Numbered from the stretch's first letter, positions 29,914 through 40,037 are shown. The stretch: 64,000 nucleotides of DNA from Candidatus Iainarchaeum sp. (GCA_043808155.1 JAZDFD010000026.1:39673-103672); one strand, 5' to 3'. Notes: generated by a model not told the origin, from the sequence alone. Numbers and translations: made by a program.

Positions 29914-30788
29914 ATTAACAGAATTGCACCTGCAAAAATAAGAACTAATGAAATCAATTTTCTTAACAGATGTTTCTTTTCAAGTTCTTCTTTCAAAATA
30001 TCTGGTCTGAAAATGCTTATTATCAGAGCAAAAAGAAAAACAAATGCGGGCTGTACAGAATAGATTAGTGATATCAAAGTTACTGAACCTAATGCGAGAG
30101 CAAAGAAAAAAATAAGATACGCAGATGCGCTTGCACTTTCTGCAATAAAAGAAACTGGAATGATTTTTTTGTTTTGTTTGAACATTGATAATGTTTCTTT
30201 CATTTGCGGAAGCAAAATAATTAAGATTATCAGAAAATAGAACATTTTAAGCCAAACAAATAAAGTTATAAAATCAGTAAATGATAAAGTGAATTTTATG
30301 ATAACATCATAAATTGCAAATACTAATGAAGCTATAATCATGAGAATTAACTCTTTCTCAAAAAGTGAGCTTATTGTTTTTCTGAAAGAAATCAGAAAAA
30401 CACCTGCAAAAACAACAAAAAATCCAATGTATTGCTGCAGTGTTAATATTTCGGACAGAAACAAATAAGCCAAAATCAGAACAAAAATAGGGTTAATCTG
30501 AAACACGAGCATTGCTTTTGAGACTTCTTCTTTCTGCAGAGCTTTAAGATAAAGCAAAGTTCCGCTTACATTCAAAACAGCCAAAATTAATGCAATTAAA
30601 ATAATCTCAAAATCAGGAAAATTCAAATTTAAATAAATTTGGAGCAGTACAGCAACTGAAAAACTCACTATTCCGCTTATGAGCATATAATTAATTGGTT
30701 TTATTCGATTAGAAACAACGTATTTATCAACAATATTTACTGCAGCCCAAATTACAGTAGCTAAAATAACAAGATACAGCCAAAGCAT
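29910..30788 (-). CDS. EamA/DMT-family transporter
   Basis: About 10 TM helices arranged as two EamA-like repeats. Confidence 0.85.
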   Translation of the reverse strand: MLWLYLVILATVIWAAVNIVDKYVVSNRIKPINYMLISGIVSFSVAVLLQIYLNLNFPDFEIILIALILAVLNVSGTLLYLKALQKEEVSKAMLVFQINPIFVLILAYLFLSEILTLQQYIGFFVVFAGVFLISFRKTISSLFEKELILMIIASLVFAIYDVIIKFTLSFTDFITLFVWLKMFYFLIILIILLPQMKETLSMFKQNKKIIPVSFIAESASASAYLIFFFALALGSVTLISLIYSVQPAFVFLFALIISIFRPDILKEELEKKHLLRKLISLVLIFAGAILLI

Positions 30789-30792
30789 AAAA

Positions 30793-31434
30793 TCACTCTT
30801 TTAAAGGAACAAAAACAAATGCTCCAAGTTCATAAGCTGTTCTTTCCTCAAATTCAGAATTTTTCTTTTCAACAATATGCATAAACTGAGTATGGAAACT
30901 GCCTACAGGTGCAACTAATTTCCCGTTTTCAGCAAGTGATTTTTTGAGGTTTGCAGAAATTTCACTACATGCACATGATATTAAAATTCTGTCAAAATTT
31001 TTTTCTTCAGGAAAACCTTCCTGTCCGTTTCCGTATGTTACACAGATTTTTTCGTATCCTGAGTTTTTCAGGTTTTCTTTCGCAAGAGAAACTAATTCGG
31101 GCACAATTTCAATCCCAAAAACTTTTCCTTCTTTCCCTGCAAGTTCTTTCAAAAGAACAAGAACATAGCCGCAACCTGAACCAACTTCAAGAACTTTCAT
31201 CCCTTTCTGAACATCAAGCAGTTCCAGCATTACTGCAATTGTTGAAGGCTGGGAAATGGTCTGCCCATAACCAATTGAAAATGCAGAATCAGCATAAGCA
31301 TAGTCTTTCTGATGTTTGGGAAAGAAATTTTCCCGCGGAATGTTCATAAAAGCATTTACAACTGAGGAAGATTTTAAAACACCGGAATTTTGCATGGAAG
31401 CAACTAATTTTTTTCTTTTTTCTGAAAAATCCAT
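30793..31434 (-). CDS. pcm: Protein-L-isoaspartate O-methyltransferase
   Basis: IGYGQTISQP, VLEVGSGCGY, FVFVPL. Confidence 0.94.
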   Translation of the reverse strand: MDFSEKRKKLVASMQNSGVLKSSSVVNAFMNIPRENFFPKHQKDYAYADSAFSIGYGQTISQPSTIAVMLELLDVQKGMKVLEVGSGCGYVLVLLKELAGKEGKVFGIEIVPELVSLAKENLKNSGYEKICVTYGNGQEGFPEEKNFDRILISCACSEISANLKKSLAENGKLVAPVGSFHTQFMHIVEKKNSEFEERTAYELGAFVFVPLKE

Positions 31435-31438
31435 TTAA

Positions 31439-32392
31439 TCAGTCCTTTGATTTTTCTCTTTCCTTGATCAATTCAAGTAATTCTTTGAACCTTGAGAATG
31501 AATCTAATTCTTCTTCCTGCACAAGTGCAGAACCATCAATGTTTTTTCTGGAGAATTCTTCTTTAGTGATTATTACTGAATGGGTTCCCAAAGCATCTTT
31601 TGCCTGCCGCATTATGATTGCTTTTCTTTTGATTTTAATTTTTGATTCTTCGGGGGAAATTATTAATTTATCATCAGGATTTGAAATCACTTTGAATGGT
31701 GCGTGTTTAAACTCCTGCATTTTGAAACCTAATGCATGCATTTTTTCAAGAGCTTCGTGTTCAGGTTTATCTGAAAATAAATGTGCTTTGTCAGTAGATT
31801 TGTCTGAATTTAACTTGTCCAAATCAAATAAATCAATTTGCCGAATGAGTTTAGTATTGAAATAATCCTCCAGTTTACGTGCAACCTGCAGTGATGCTTT
31901 TGCACCATGTTCATATCTGTTAAGTGACTCAGGTGTTGTACCAATATCAAGGGCAATTTCACTCATTGGAATTTTTTTCTTTTCTCGGAATTTCTTTAAT
32001 TTTTCAGAATCTAATTCTACAATATCCCTGCCCTTAAACGAACTGACACTTGGCATATTTCCCGTGAGAAAATCAGAAAATGTTTCAATATTCAAAACTG
32101 AAATCCCATATCTGTTGTAAATTGCACTAGTCTCAAGAGTGAATTTTTTAGTTTTTTTACCAATTATCAAAACTGAAGAATTGAAAATCTCACCTAATTT
32201 TTCAAGCTCGTCTGCATGTTCGGGTCTTAATGAATCAACATTATCAAACACTTTTATAAGAAGTGAAATCCCCTTTCGTTTAGCAACTAAATCAAAACAT
32301 GTGTTTGTATGCATAAAAGAGCTCACGCTGAATCCATGTGACTGTAAAAGCGAAATTACTTTTTGAAGTACTATGTTTCTTTCATCAGACAT
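31439..32392 (-). CDS. Archaeal conserved HTH transcriptional regulator (COG1395-like)
   Basis: CFDLVAKR...LLIKV...NVDSL N-terminal domain plus a central Cro-type HTH. Confidence 0.8.
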   Translation of the reverse strand: MSDERNIVLQKVISLLQSHGFSVSSFMHTNTCFDLVAKRKGISLLIKVFDNVDSLRPEHADELEKLGEIFNSSVLIIGKKTKKFTLETSAIYNRYGISVLNIETFSDFLTGNMPSVSSFKGRDIVELDSEKLKKFREKKKIPMSEIALDIGTTPESLNRYEHGAKASLQVARKLEDYFNTKLIRQIDLFDLDKLNSDKSTDKAHLFSDKPEHEALEKMHALGFKMQEFKHAPFKVISNPDDKLIISPEESKIKIKRKAIIMRQAKDALGTHSVIITKEEFSRKNIDGSALVQEEELDSFSRFKELLELIKEREKSKD

Positions 32393-32982
32393 TCTGCAAC
32401 CTCTGTTAAAGACTTAGCTTCCAAATCTGCTTTGAAATTGATTTCACTATTAAACCATTTATCTCGTTCTGTTTTAAAAAACACTGTTTTCATTCCGAGT
32501 TTGTGAGCAGCCATAAGATTTCGTTTTTGGTCATCTACAAAGAAGGTCTCTTCTGCTTTTGCATTTAATTGTGAAAGTGCATATTTATAAATTTTAGAAT
32601 CTGGTTTTTTCATTTTGCAATTCGCACTTATAACAATTGAATCAAAAAGTGAATTGAAATCATACTTTTCAATTAGGTAATCTGCCCAGCTTCCGACAAA
32701 ATTTGAAAGCAGACTTAATTTGTATTTTGGTTTGAGTTTTTTTAGCATATGAAAGTCATTATTGATTTCAAGTGAATCTAAAAACTTATTTTCTGTTTCT
32801 TTCCAGTCTGAAACACCTTTCCAAAAATCAGCATCTGAAATTTCGCCAACTTTAGCAAGCTGATATCGTTCAATAAGTGTTTCATAAGACACCTGTTCCT
32901 TAACAAAAGGAATCAGACTGAATGGAATTACTGCACCTTCCTTTAAAACAACTCCAGCCATATCAAAAATGACTGTCTGCAT
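32371..32982 (-). CDS. HAD-family phosphatase
   Basis: FDMAGV, LLSN, KKPD, FFVDD. Confidence 0.9.
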   Translation of the reverse strand: MQTVIFDMAGVVLKEGAVIPFSLIPFVKEQVSYETLIERYQLAKVGEISDADFWKGVSDWKETENKFLDSLEINNDFHMLKKLKPKYKLSLLSNFVGSWADYLIEKYDFNSLFDSIVISANCKMKKPDSKIYKYALSQLNAKAEETFFVDDQKRNLMAAHKLGMKTVFFKTERDKWFNSEINFKADLEAKSLTEVAECLMKET

Positions 32983-33804
32983 TTAAACCCCTACAACGCC
33001 CATGAGGAAACCAATTAATGCAGTAAACATAGCAGCTTTTGTCAATGCAGAAAAACGAGAGTAGTTTTTACTGTAAAGCATAACTAAAGAAAACAAAAAT
33101 AAAACATTTGCAAAAGTTACAATTGCTATTGATAAAAGATTGCCATATGAATAGAAAACAAAGGGTACATAAACTAAAATTATTGCAATAACCAAAAATG
33201 AAGTAATCATTGAAACAACTATTTTCTCAGGAAGAATCATTGGCAGAGTTTTTTTGAACCCAAAATCATTTTTTAAATCATCAAAGTCTTTTCCAATTTC
33301 ACGTGACACATTTGTAAGCATTGCAACTAATGCAAAAAGCAAAACAGTTAATGTTAGTTCAAAAGCAGCAGCACCAAAAATTATCGTAAAACCAGTTGCA
33401 GCTGCAACAATCCAGTTTCCAATATATTTGTATTCTCTCCATGATGCAGAATAATGAATGAGCAAAAGTGAAAACAAAAATGCAATTGCTAATGTTTGGG
33501 GGTTTATAAGTGCAGCAAATGCATTTCCGGAAACAAAAAGAAAAACAGCGAGCATTAATGCAGTTGACGCATGAATTTTTTTGCTGGGAATAGGTCTTTC
33601 AGGTCTTAACGATTTATCTACATCTCTGTCAAAGTAATCATTAATTACCATTCCGCCTGCAGAAACTAAAAGTGCAGCCAGCATTGCAAAAAGAACAATA
33701 AAATTAAATTCAATTGTTCCTGCAGCGATACTGTAACCTACAAAAGCCCCAAAGGCGGCCATAAGAGAGTTAATTGGTCGTATAATTTGGATGAATGGGT
33801 GCAT
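32983..33804 (-). CDS. UbiA-family prenyltransferase, probably digeranylgeranylglyceryl phosphate synthase
   Basis: INDYFDRDVD, RPIPS, REIGKDFDD. Confidence 0.85.
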   Translation of the reverse strand: MHPFIQIIRPINSLMAAFGAFVGYSIAAGTIEFNFIVLFAMLAALLVSAGGMVINDYFDRDVDKSLRPERPIPSKKIHASTALMLAVFLFVSGNAFAALINPQTLAIAFLFSLLLIHYSASWREYKYIGNWIVAAATGFTIIFGAAAFELTLTVLLFALVAMLTNVSREIGKDFDDLKNDFGFKKTLPMILPEKIVVSMITSFLVIAIILVYVPFVFYSYGNLLSIAIVTFANVLFLFSLVMLYSKNYSRFSALTKAAMFTALIGFLMGVVGV

Positions 33805-33814
33805 TTTAATCCCA

Positions 33815-33985
33815 TTACTTAGAGCCGGTTTTTTTGGTTTTATGCTTAACCCTAAGTCTTTTTGTGCCGCATTTTCGGCATTTTAATGGTTTCTTGCCTT
33901 TACTGGAACGGTTCTTTGCATTGCATTTCATGCAAATCCAAACGTTCTCAAAAAGCCTTTTGTCAGCTTCTTCAAATCTTGCCAT
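33815..33985 (-). CDS. rpl40e: 50S ribosomal protein L40e
   Basis: Manual translation [25 protein letters not shown]...[12 protein letters not shown]. Confidence 0.93.
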   Translation of the reverse strand: MARFEEADKRLFENVWICMKCNAKNRSSKGKKPLKCRKCGTKRLRVKHKTKKTGSK

Positions 33986-34086
33986 AGTGTGTCACTTTTT
34001 ACTGTTTCCAATTTATTATTGTTAATAATGAAGATATAACCTATAACATTTAAAAGCTTACATTTCATAAAGTATGTTCAATATTT

Positions 34087-34257
34087 GCCCCTGTAGTGTA
34101 GCGGCCAAGCATCCTGCCCTTTCAAACCCGCTTTCGAGCGGGTGGGCCGAGATATGTGTGTTATTTCGTTTTGACTCAATAACACGATAATATTTGAAAT
34201 CATATCTTAGGCTTTCGAAGACAGGCGGTGACCCGGGTTCGAGTCCCGGCGGGGGCA
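34087..34257 (+). tRNA. tRNA-Glu(TTC) with a ~98-nt intron at 37/38 (34125-34222)
   Basis: GCCCCTG/CGGGGGC acceptor, CTGCC/GGCGG anticodon stem, TTC at 34121-34123, CCGGG-TTCGAGT-CCCGG T arm; CTTT/GAAG central helix with an ACA bulge. Confidence 0.9.
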
Positions 34258-34328
34258 ATTAACTTTTTATTTTTCTTAATCGCTGAAACTCTAAAATTTA
34301 AATAGTATTTATACGTTAAGTGTGACAG

Positions 34329-35798
34329 CTAATTTTCAATTATTTTAATACTCACAAGAAATGGTGAGGAAGATGTTGTTGCTATTTTAACTGCCATGCG
34401 TTGCACATCGCCGCCGGTAACTTCGGGACCACCTGTGTATCTGAGTATGCCCCCGCCATCGTTAAAAAACTGCATTGCAGGCGGTGCATATCTTTCTTCA
34501 TTTGTTATTGTACCCCCGCCATATCCAACTACAGTCTGTTTGTATTCAACTCCATAAACCATATCCAATACAAAAACTCTTGGGGCATCTTTTAAAAGTA
34601 AAAATTCTCTTTTTTCACCAACAGAAAGTTTTTCATAACCACCTGAAATTAAATTCAAATATTCTGTTCTTTCTTTATAATTCGTGCCGCAACTTTGATA
34701 TTCTATTTCTGATTCAGCAGGTTTTTCTGTTTCAGTTCCGCAGTCATTATTATCTGTACAGGTTCTTGTTCTTGTTCGTGACTGTTCTGAATTAACACAT
34801 GTACTCCATGCACTCCATGAACTCCAGCCACTGCAGTCCCAATCTTCAGTACATGGTATCTCATCTAAACATTTAGTTGGGGCGCAACCAAATTCACAAA
34901 CTTCAGAAGAGGCATAATCACAACTTCCGTCTGAACAGGAGCCAGTGAAATATCGTGTTTCATTATCACAATATGGTTCACAACTAATTCCTTCACATGG
35001 ATCGCCCTTACAAGTTCCAGACTCACATCCGAATATACAATTTACTTCAGTATATTCGCACACAGGAACTCCAGTTTCTGAATAGCAAACACCATTAATA
35101 TTTTTTGTGCTTTCATCTTTGCATCCATCTTCGCATATCACGCCGTCACAGGGATCTGGATTACATAATGCATTTTCACAACCAAATTCACAATTTTCTG
35201 TTGAGTAAGTGCAAATAGCATTATTACATATCCCATCATATTTTCGATCATCAGTATTTATGCATTGATCTGGGTCGCAAACCACGCCCTGACAGGGATC
35301 CTCATTACATAAACCATCTGTACAGCCAATAACGCATTCTTTTGTATCGTAATCACATGAACCATCTACGGGATTGCAAACGCCATTATATTTTTGATTG
35401 TTGTCCACATCACATTCATTTTCACAAACTACAGTTTCACACAAATCGGGTTCTGATTTGCATTCTCCATCTTCACAACCATAGTCGCAATCCATATCTT
35501 CATAATGACAAAAACCATCTAGTGGATTGCATTCACCGTCATAATAGAGCGTATTCACGCCCGCACCACAATAATTACCTGTGCAGGTTACACCATCACA
35601 AAGGTCTTTAAGCTCAGGAAAAATATCGCCGCCGAAATCATCATATGCACTAATGATTTTATCCTCACCAGTTTCAGATGTGGATTTACCAAATCCGCCA
35701 AGATTAGCCATAATGGCAATTAAAATTGCAACAACCAGAAGCGCACCTGCGATAAGCAACAGATATTCCATTGAGCCCTGTGCTTTTGAAAATTTCAT
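34329..35798 (-). CDS. Class III signal peptide (pilin-like) protein with five 8-Cys repeats and a thrombospondin-type WSxW module
   Basis: KAQGSMEYLLLIAG; D(L/P)CxxVxC repeats; WSSWSAWSTC...RTRTRTC. Confidence 0.85.
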   Translation of the reverse strand: MKFSKAQGSMEYLLLIAGALLVVAILIAIMANLGGFGKSTSETGEDKIISAYDDFGGDIFPELKDLCDGVTCTGNYCGAGVNTLYYDGECNPLDGFCHYEDMDCDYGCEDGECKSEPDLCETVVCENECDVDNNQKYNGVCNPVDGSCDYDTKECVIGCTDGLCNEDPCQGVVCDPDQCINTDDRKYDGICNNAICTYSTENCEFGCENALCNPDPCDGVICEDGCKDESTKNINGVCYSETGVPVCEYTEVNCIFGCESGTCKGDPCEGISCEPYCDNETRYFTGSCSDGSCDYASSEVCEFGCAPTKCLDEIPCTEDWDCSGWSSWSAWSTCVNSEQSRTRTRTCTDNNDCGTETEKPAESEIEYQSCGTNYKERTEYLNLISGGYEKLSVGEKREFLLLKDAPRVFVLDMVYGVEYKQTVVGYGGGTITNEERYAPPAMQFFNDGGGILRYTGGPEVTGGDVQRMAVKIATTSSSPFLVSIKIIEN

Positions 35799-35966
35799 GA
35801 AAGTATTACACTTTTGTTATTTAAAATGATTTCCATTCAAGCAAAAAAGACCCTAATCAGAGGCAGACACCTGTACTGGCAAATCCAAACTAATATAAAT
35901 CAGAATAATGTTATAATTACAGTTAAATTGCAATAAATATTGCAAAAACTTAAAGGAGGTGAAACA

Positions 35967-36680
35967 ATGGATTTATTTTCAAAAAACGGATTGCTAGTGT
36001 TCGGGGTGTTTTTCATTGCAACAATGGCGATGGCATTTGTACTCATGGACAGTTATGCACAGAGTAACTTGACTGGTCAAGGAATTCAAACAGGTTTCTA
36101 TCCCAGCTCTGTTCCAGTGGAACCGCCAACTAAAGATTGTCCAACTGGCATTTGGAATTTCTGTGGAACTGACGGAGACACCTGTGCTGCATATGAAGAG
36201 ACATACGGTGGTGACAAAGCACAGGTATTTATAAAATGCGATGGCGGAAACCTGATCGAACAAAGATACGGATTTTACAAGTGTAACTTAAATCACAGAC
36301 TAATGACGTTAAATCCGGTAAGTGAGAGATGTGAAAGATCTTGTGGACAATATGCAAAAATCACAGTATTAGAATACTGTGAAGGCGGCTGCAAAAGTGT
36401 AGATGGTGTAGCAGCATGTTTGGAGTATGGTCCGTGCTATGGTCTAGAAGGATATGACGGAAAATCCGGTATGTCACTGGTGGATCAGGCAAGATATCTT
36501 GCAGATATAGCAGTAAGAACAATGACAGGCGATCCTGGACAGCAGTGTCAGATGTACAACATCGTTTGGCCAGTATTCCTTGCAAATCCGACAGAACTTC
36601 TAAAAGTAGTAATGTTAACGGAATATAACTGTGACATAGTACCTGACAAATTGCCAGCAGATTGGAAGGACCCGTGTTAA
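35967..36680 (+). CDS. Cys-rich exported or membrane-anchored protein
   Basis: GGAGGTGA Shine-Dalgarno, N-terminal TM followed by LTG, many Cys. Confidence 0.7.
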   Translation: MDLFSKNGLLVFGVFFIATMAMAFVLMDSYAQSNLTGQGIQTGFYPSSVPVEPPTKDCPTGIWNFCGTDGDTCAAYEETYGGDKAQVFIKCDGGNLIEQRYGFYKCNLNHRLMTLNPVSERCERSCGQYAKITVLEYCEGGCKSVDGVAACLEYGPCYGLEGYDGKSGMSLVDQARYLADIAVRTMTGDPGQQCQMYNIVWPVFLANPTELLKVVMLTEYNCDIVPDKLPADWKDPC

Positions 36681-36777
36681 TGACATTTCAATTTAAAAAC
36701 TAGAGGATTAATTTCCTCCTTTTTTCTTTTTTTTATTTTATGGAAGCATTAAATATGACTTTAGACATTATTGAACC

Positions 36778-37494
36778 ATGAAAGACTGGTTTGGTATTGC
36801 ATTGCTTTTATTGATTTTAGTTAGTGGCTGTACTACGCCAACTTACCCTGTTAAGGAAGAACCAGAACCAGTTTGCGGAGATGCAATAACTTATGGTGTT
36901 GATGCACAAGGTGCATGCGCTGAATTTCCAACAACCTGTTTGCCTGAAGGTTACACTAAAGTTAATGAATGCATTAAAGTTTGCGAACCAAAATGCGATG
37001 ATAAATGTCAGGGAACAACATTTCTCACTGAGGGTGAATGTGAAAACGGAGAATGCATTTACAAAAATGTTAAAGAAAATTCTTTTGAATGCGGTTATGA
37101 AAAAATATTTGACGGTGAAGTGACATTGCAATACTGCAATTATAATGAATTTTTTGATAGATATAGTTTTTTCCTTTCAGTAAGAAGTACTGGTGAAATA
37201 TTGGCAAAAGCAGGTTCAAGTGTTTGGTTGATGACTCCAGACATTGATAAAACAAGTTACCAGCCAATTTCAAAAGAATATGCGCAGGGAATTTATTGGT
37301 GGCAGGATGTTTTTAGTGACAAACCATATAGGGGTCGAACATTTAACATCACAGGAGAAGAAGAATTCAAAGAATTTGATTATAAATTTATTTACTGCGA
37401 ATTAGAAAATAATCTTTATGACAAATGTGATGAAGAAAAAGGTATAATTTTGTACACTGGAAATACTGCAGATTGCAATATTGTCAAATATTAA
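36778..37494 (+). CDS. Cys-rich lipoprotein
   Basis: Lipobox VSGC and a Cys module similar to the repeats in 34329-35798. Confidence 0.75.
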   Translation: MKDWFGIALLLLILVSGCTTPTYPVKEEPEPVCGDAITYGVDAQGACAEFPTTCLPEGYTKVNECIKVCEPKCDDKCQGTTFLTEGECENGECIYKNVKENSFECGYEKIFDGEVTLQYCNYNEFFDRYSFFLSVRSTGEILAKAGSSVWLMTPDIDKTSYQPISKEYAQGIYWWQDVFSDKPYRGRTFNITGEEEFKEFDYKFIYCELENNLYDKCDEEKGIILYTGNTADCNIVKY

Positions 37495-37592
37495 TAAATT
37501 CCAATATCCGATTTCTAAATCAAATTTTGCTTAAAATTTGCTAAAAAACCACACACAAAATCATTAAATAATAGCGTGACAATAAATAATAC

Positions 37593-37820
37593 ATGAACCA
37601 AACAGATAAACGATACCTGTTAGTATTGATTTTTGGGACCATGCTAGCAGGATTAACTGCACTAATTTCACTAGGTTTTAATGGCAAGGGACCATTAGGC
37701 TCTGCTTTGAGCTCATATGTGCCCCCTGAAGTGACAGTCATTAATTATATTGGACTAGCACTGGGTGCAATCATTGTAATTGGCGGGTCAATCTTTTTCA
37801 TCAAAAAAATCATGGACTAA
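37593..37820 (+). CDS. Small two-TM membrane protein
   Basis: Two hydrophobic segments. Confidence 0.55.
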   Translation: MNQTDKRYLLVLIFGTMLAGLTALISLGFNGKGPLGSALSSYVPPEVTVINYIGLALGAIIVIGGSIFFIKKIMD

Positions 37821-37873
37821 GCAAATAGAAAGCTTTTTTAGTGTTTCAGCACTACGTATATAGGGGAAAAATA

Positions 37874-38293
37874 ATGAATAGAAACACAATAGTCATAGTT
37901 TTACTTTTAGGGATTCTTTTAATGTCTGGTTGTATAGATAATACAACAGAATACCCTACAAATACACCTTCGGGGACAACGGATTTTGTTTCAGTTAAAT
38001 TCATAATTGAAAAAGACAATGAAAATGTGATTGTAAAAACAGTCCAAATTGAAAAGGGCAAAACAGGTTTAGACGCAATGCAGGCATCAGGAATTGAATT
38101 CGCTTCAACTACTTATGACGGAATGGGCACGTTCATAGACTCAATAATGGGCGTATCTGGAGATGCACAATATTATTGGGCATTATATGTAGACGGGAAG
38201 TACGCAGAAGCCTCACTTGACAATTACACACTAAACAACGACATTGAACTCAAATGGGTTTATGAAAAAATCGATTTTTCTGAATTTGAATAA
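37874..38293 (+). CDS. Lipoprotein with a DUF4430 / transcobalamin-C-terminal-like domain
   Basis: Lipobox MSGC; GTFIDSIMGV...YYWALYVDGK. Confidence 0.78.
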   Translation: MNRNTIVIVLLLGILLMSGCIDNTTEYPTNTPSGTTDFVSVKFIIEKDNENVIVKTVQIEKGKTGLDAMQASGIEFASTTYDGMGTFIDSIMGVSGDAQYYWALYVDGKYAEASLDNYTLNNDIELKWVYEKIDFSEFE

Positions 38294-38394
38294 TTCGGCA
38301 ATAAACGCAATCTTGGGAAACAGGAAGCTTTATAAAGGCAGAGAGAAGCAATATATACATATTAACTCTAATGAGTGAATTGGGGGATAAAAAA

Positions 38395-38814
38395 ATGATC
38401 TTCAGTAAAACAGTGAAACTTTTGATTGTAATAACAGTACTTGCAGTTTTAATGCAGACTGTTTCAGCATACACATCAGTAACTTACGCAAAAGACGGAA
38501 CATACATGCAATACACAAACACTAAATCAGGCGACTATTCATGCTTTTACGGTGGATGCACAACTGGATCACGGGGCGTTTATGATAATGTAATTGTTGG
38601 AAAAGAAAATCCACATACATATTATTATCAACCAGGAACCAGCTATTATTATCCATCAGGGGGCAGTAATTATTACTCCTATGGGGCTACCCATTACACA
38701 AGTCCTACTTACTATTATCCTTCATATGGATATTATTACTATCCTGCACCAGTGTATAATTACTATTACTATGCACCCTATACCTGGAGATATGGCTATT
38801 ACCCCTATCCTTAG
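38395..38814 (+). CDS. Secreted tyrosine-rich low-complexity protein
   Basis: Signal peptide ending VSA; repeated YYYP motifs. Confidence 0.7.
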   Translation: MIFSKTVKLLIVITVLAVLMQTVSAYTSVTYAKDGTYMQYTNTKSGDYSCFYGGCTTGSRGVYDNVIVGKENPHTYYYQPGTSYYYPSGGSNYYSYGATHYTSPTYYYPSYGYYYYPAPVYNYYYYAPYTWRYGYYPYP

Positions 38815-38896
38815 GAATTAGGGGATTCCTTTTTTAATCTTTCTAATAATTTAAATCTTACTAATTTTGCATTATATGTAAAATAAGGTGAAGTTT

Positions 38897-39028
38897 ATGG
38901 GTACACGCTCTAAAGACAGTTCCAGGTTCAAAAAAACCAAAGCTCGACAGCGCTGGAAATGGAAAAAGAAAAAGATGCGAAAGAAACAGCGCAAGAAGAG
39001 ATACCTGAAGAAGAGAGCTAAGTCATAA
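38897..39028 (+). CDS. rpl41e: Ribosomal protein L41e (eL41/eS32)-like
   Basis: AGGTGA Shine-Dalgarno. MGTRSKDSSRFKKTKARQRWKWKKKKMRKKQRKKRYLKKRAKS carries the archaeal L41e RWKW motif. Confidence 0.75.
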   Translation: MGTRSKDSSRFKKTKARQRWKWKKKKMRKKQRKKRYLKKRAKS

Positions 39029-39042
39029 AATCAGCTTATTTT

Positions 39043-39978
39043 TTATGGCGACAATAAAAAGATTATTATAAAACCCAAAATAAACAGCAAATAATGCACA
39101 TAAACCAAACGATACATCTTTTTCATATTCATTCCTTGGGGTTTTTTTAGTGACGTCCAATACAAAGGAGTTGCAAGTAAGGACAGGATTACTAACCATG
39201 CAAAACGCAGGGGGAGTTCACCCAAACTTTCAAGCGCAGGGAAAAATGTTTTCAACTTTGAATTCAATGTGAGAAAAACAAATGAAAGTCCACCAAGTCC
39301 CATTACAATATAAGTTAAAATTCGCAGATTTCTTTCGCCAAATAAAACTGCTGAGTTTCTGTAACCTGATTCTGCTTCATGTTTTTTTGAACCAATTTTA
39401 TAAAGTGTGTAACCGCCAAACTGCAGACCAACAACAAATAAAATAATCAAAATTGGGGCGTTAAATGCAGCAACAAATAAAACCCATCCTGCGTAGAATC
39501 TGAAAATTGGATTTACCATTGAACCTGAAATCAAATCAAGGATTGGGCGTTTTTTGAAATTAAATGGTTTTGTTGTGTAAAGAATTTGATTTACTAACAT
39601 TGCAATTAGACAATAAAGATAAAGAAAATTCATTGTAATCTGCATTATAAAAATTCCAATTCCAAACGAAATTCCAATTAAAAGAATTGCAAACATTAAT
39701 GCAATTTCAGGTAAAACTTTTCCTGAAGGAATCGGTCTGTATTTTTTCACATCATGTTTAGAATCTTTTTCCCAGTCAGTGTAATCATTCAAAGTATAAA
39801 GTCCGCTCCAGAGAACTGCAACTCCAACAAAACCCAAAAGAAACAATTGCAGATCTAATGTGAGATTAAATGTATAGGCTACAACAATCACAGCAATAAC
39901 CATATTCCCGAAGCTTTTGCTCCACTCAAGAGGCCTCATCAAGTGAAACAAACCGTGAGTTTTTTCATAAATTCCCAT
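39043..39978 (-). CDS. UbiA-family prenyltransferase
   Basis: MRPLEWSKS, YTLNDYTDWEKD, RPIPSG. Confidence 0.88.
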   Translation of the reverse strand: MGIYEKTHGLFHLMRPLEWSKSFGNMVIAVIVVAYTFNLTLDLQLFLLGFVGVAVLWSGLYTLNDYTDWEKDSKHDVKKYRPIPSGKVLPEIALMFAILLIGISFGIGIFIMQITMNFLYLYCLIAMLVNQILYTTKPFNFKKRPILDLISGSMVNPIFRFYAGWVLFVAAFNAPILIILFVVGLQFGGYTLYKIGSKKHEAESGYRNSAVLFGERNLRILTYIVMGLGGLSFVFLTLNSKLKTFFPALESLGELPLRFAWLVILSLLATPLYWTSLKKPQGMNMKKMYRLVYVHYLLFILGFIIIFLLSP

Positions 39979-40037
39979 TTCAATCAGCTAAAATATGCGT
40001 AAACCTGTTTTTAAGGTTTTTTAGAGTTGTTCAAATT

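Noticed and set aside
34058-34258. 66-aa minus-strand ORF (MPPPGLEPG...)
   Set aside because: This is the typical antisense reading of a tRNA T arm (tRNA-Glu).
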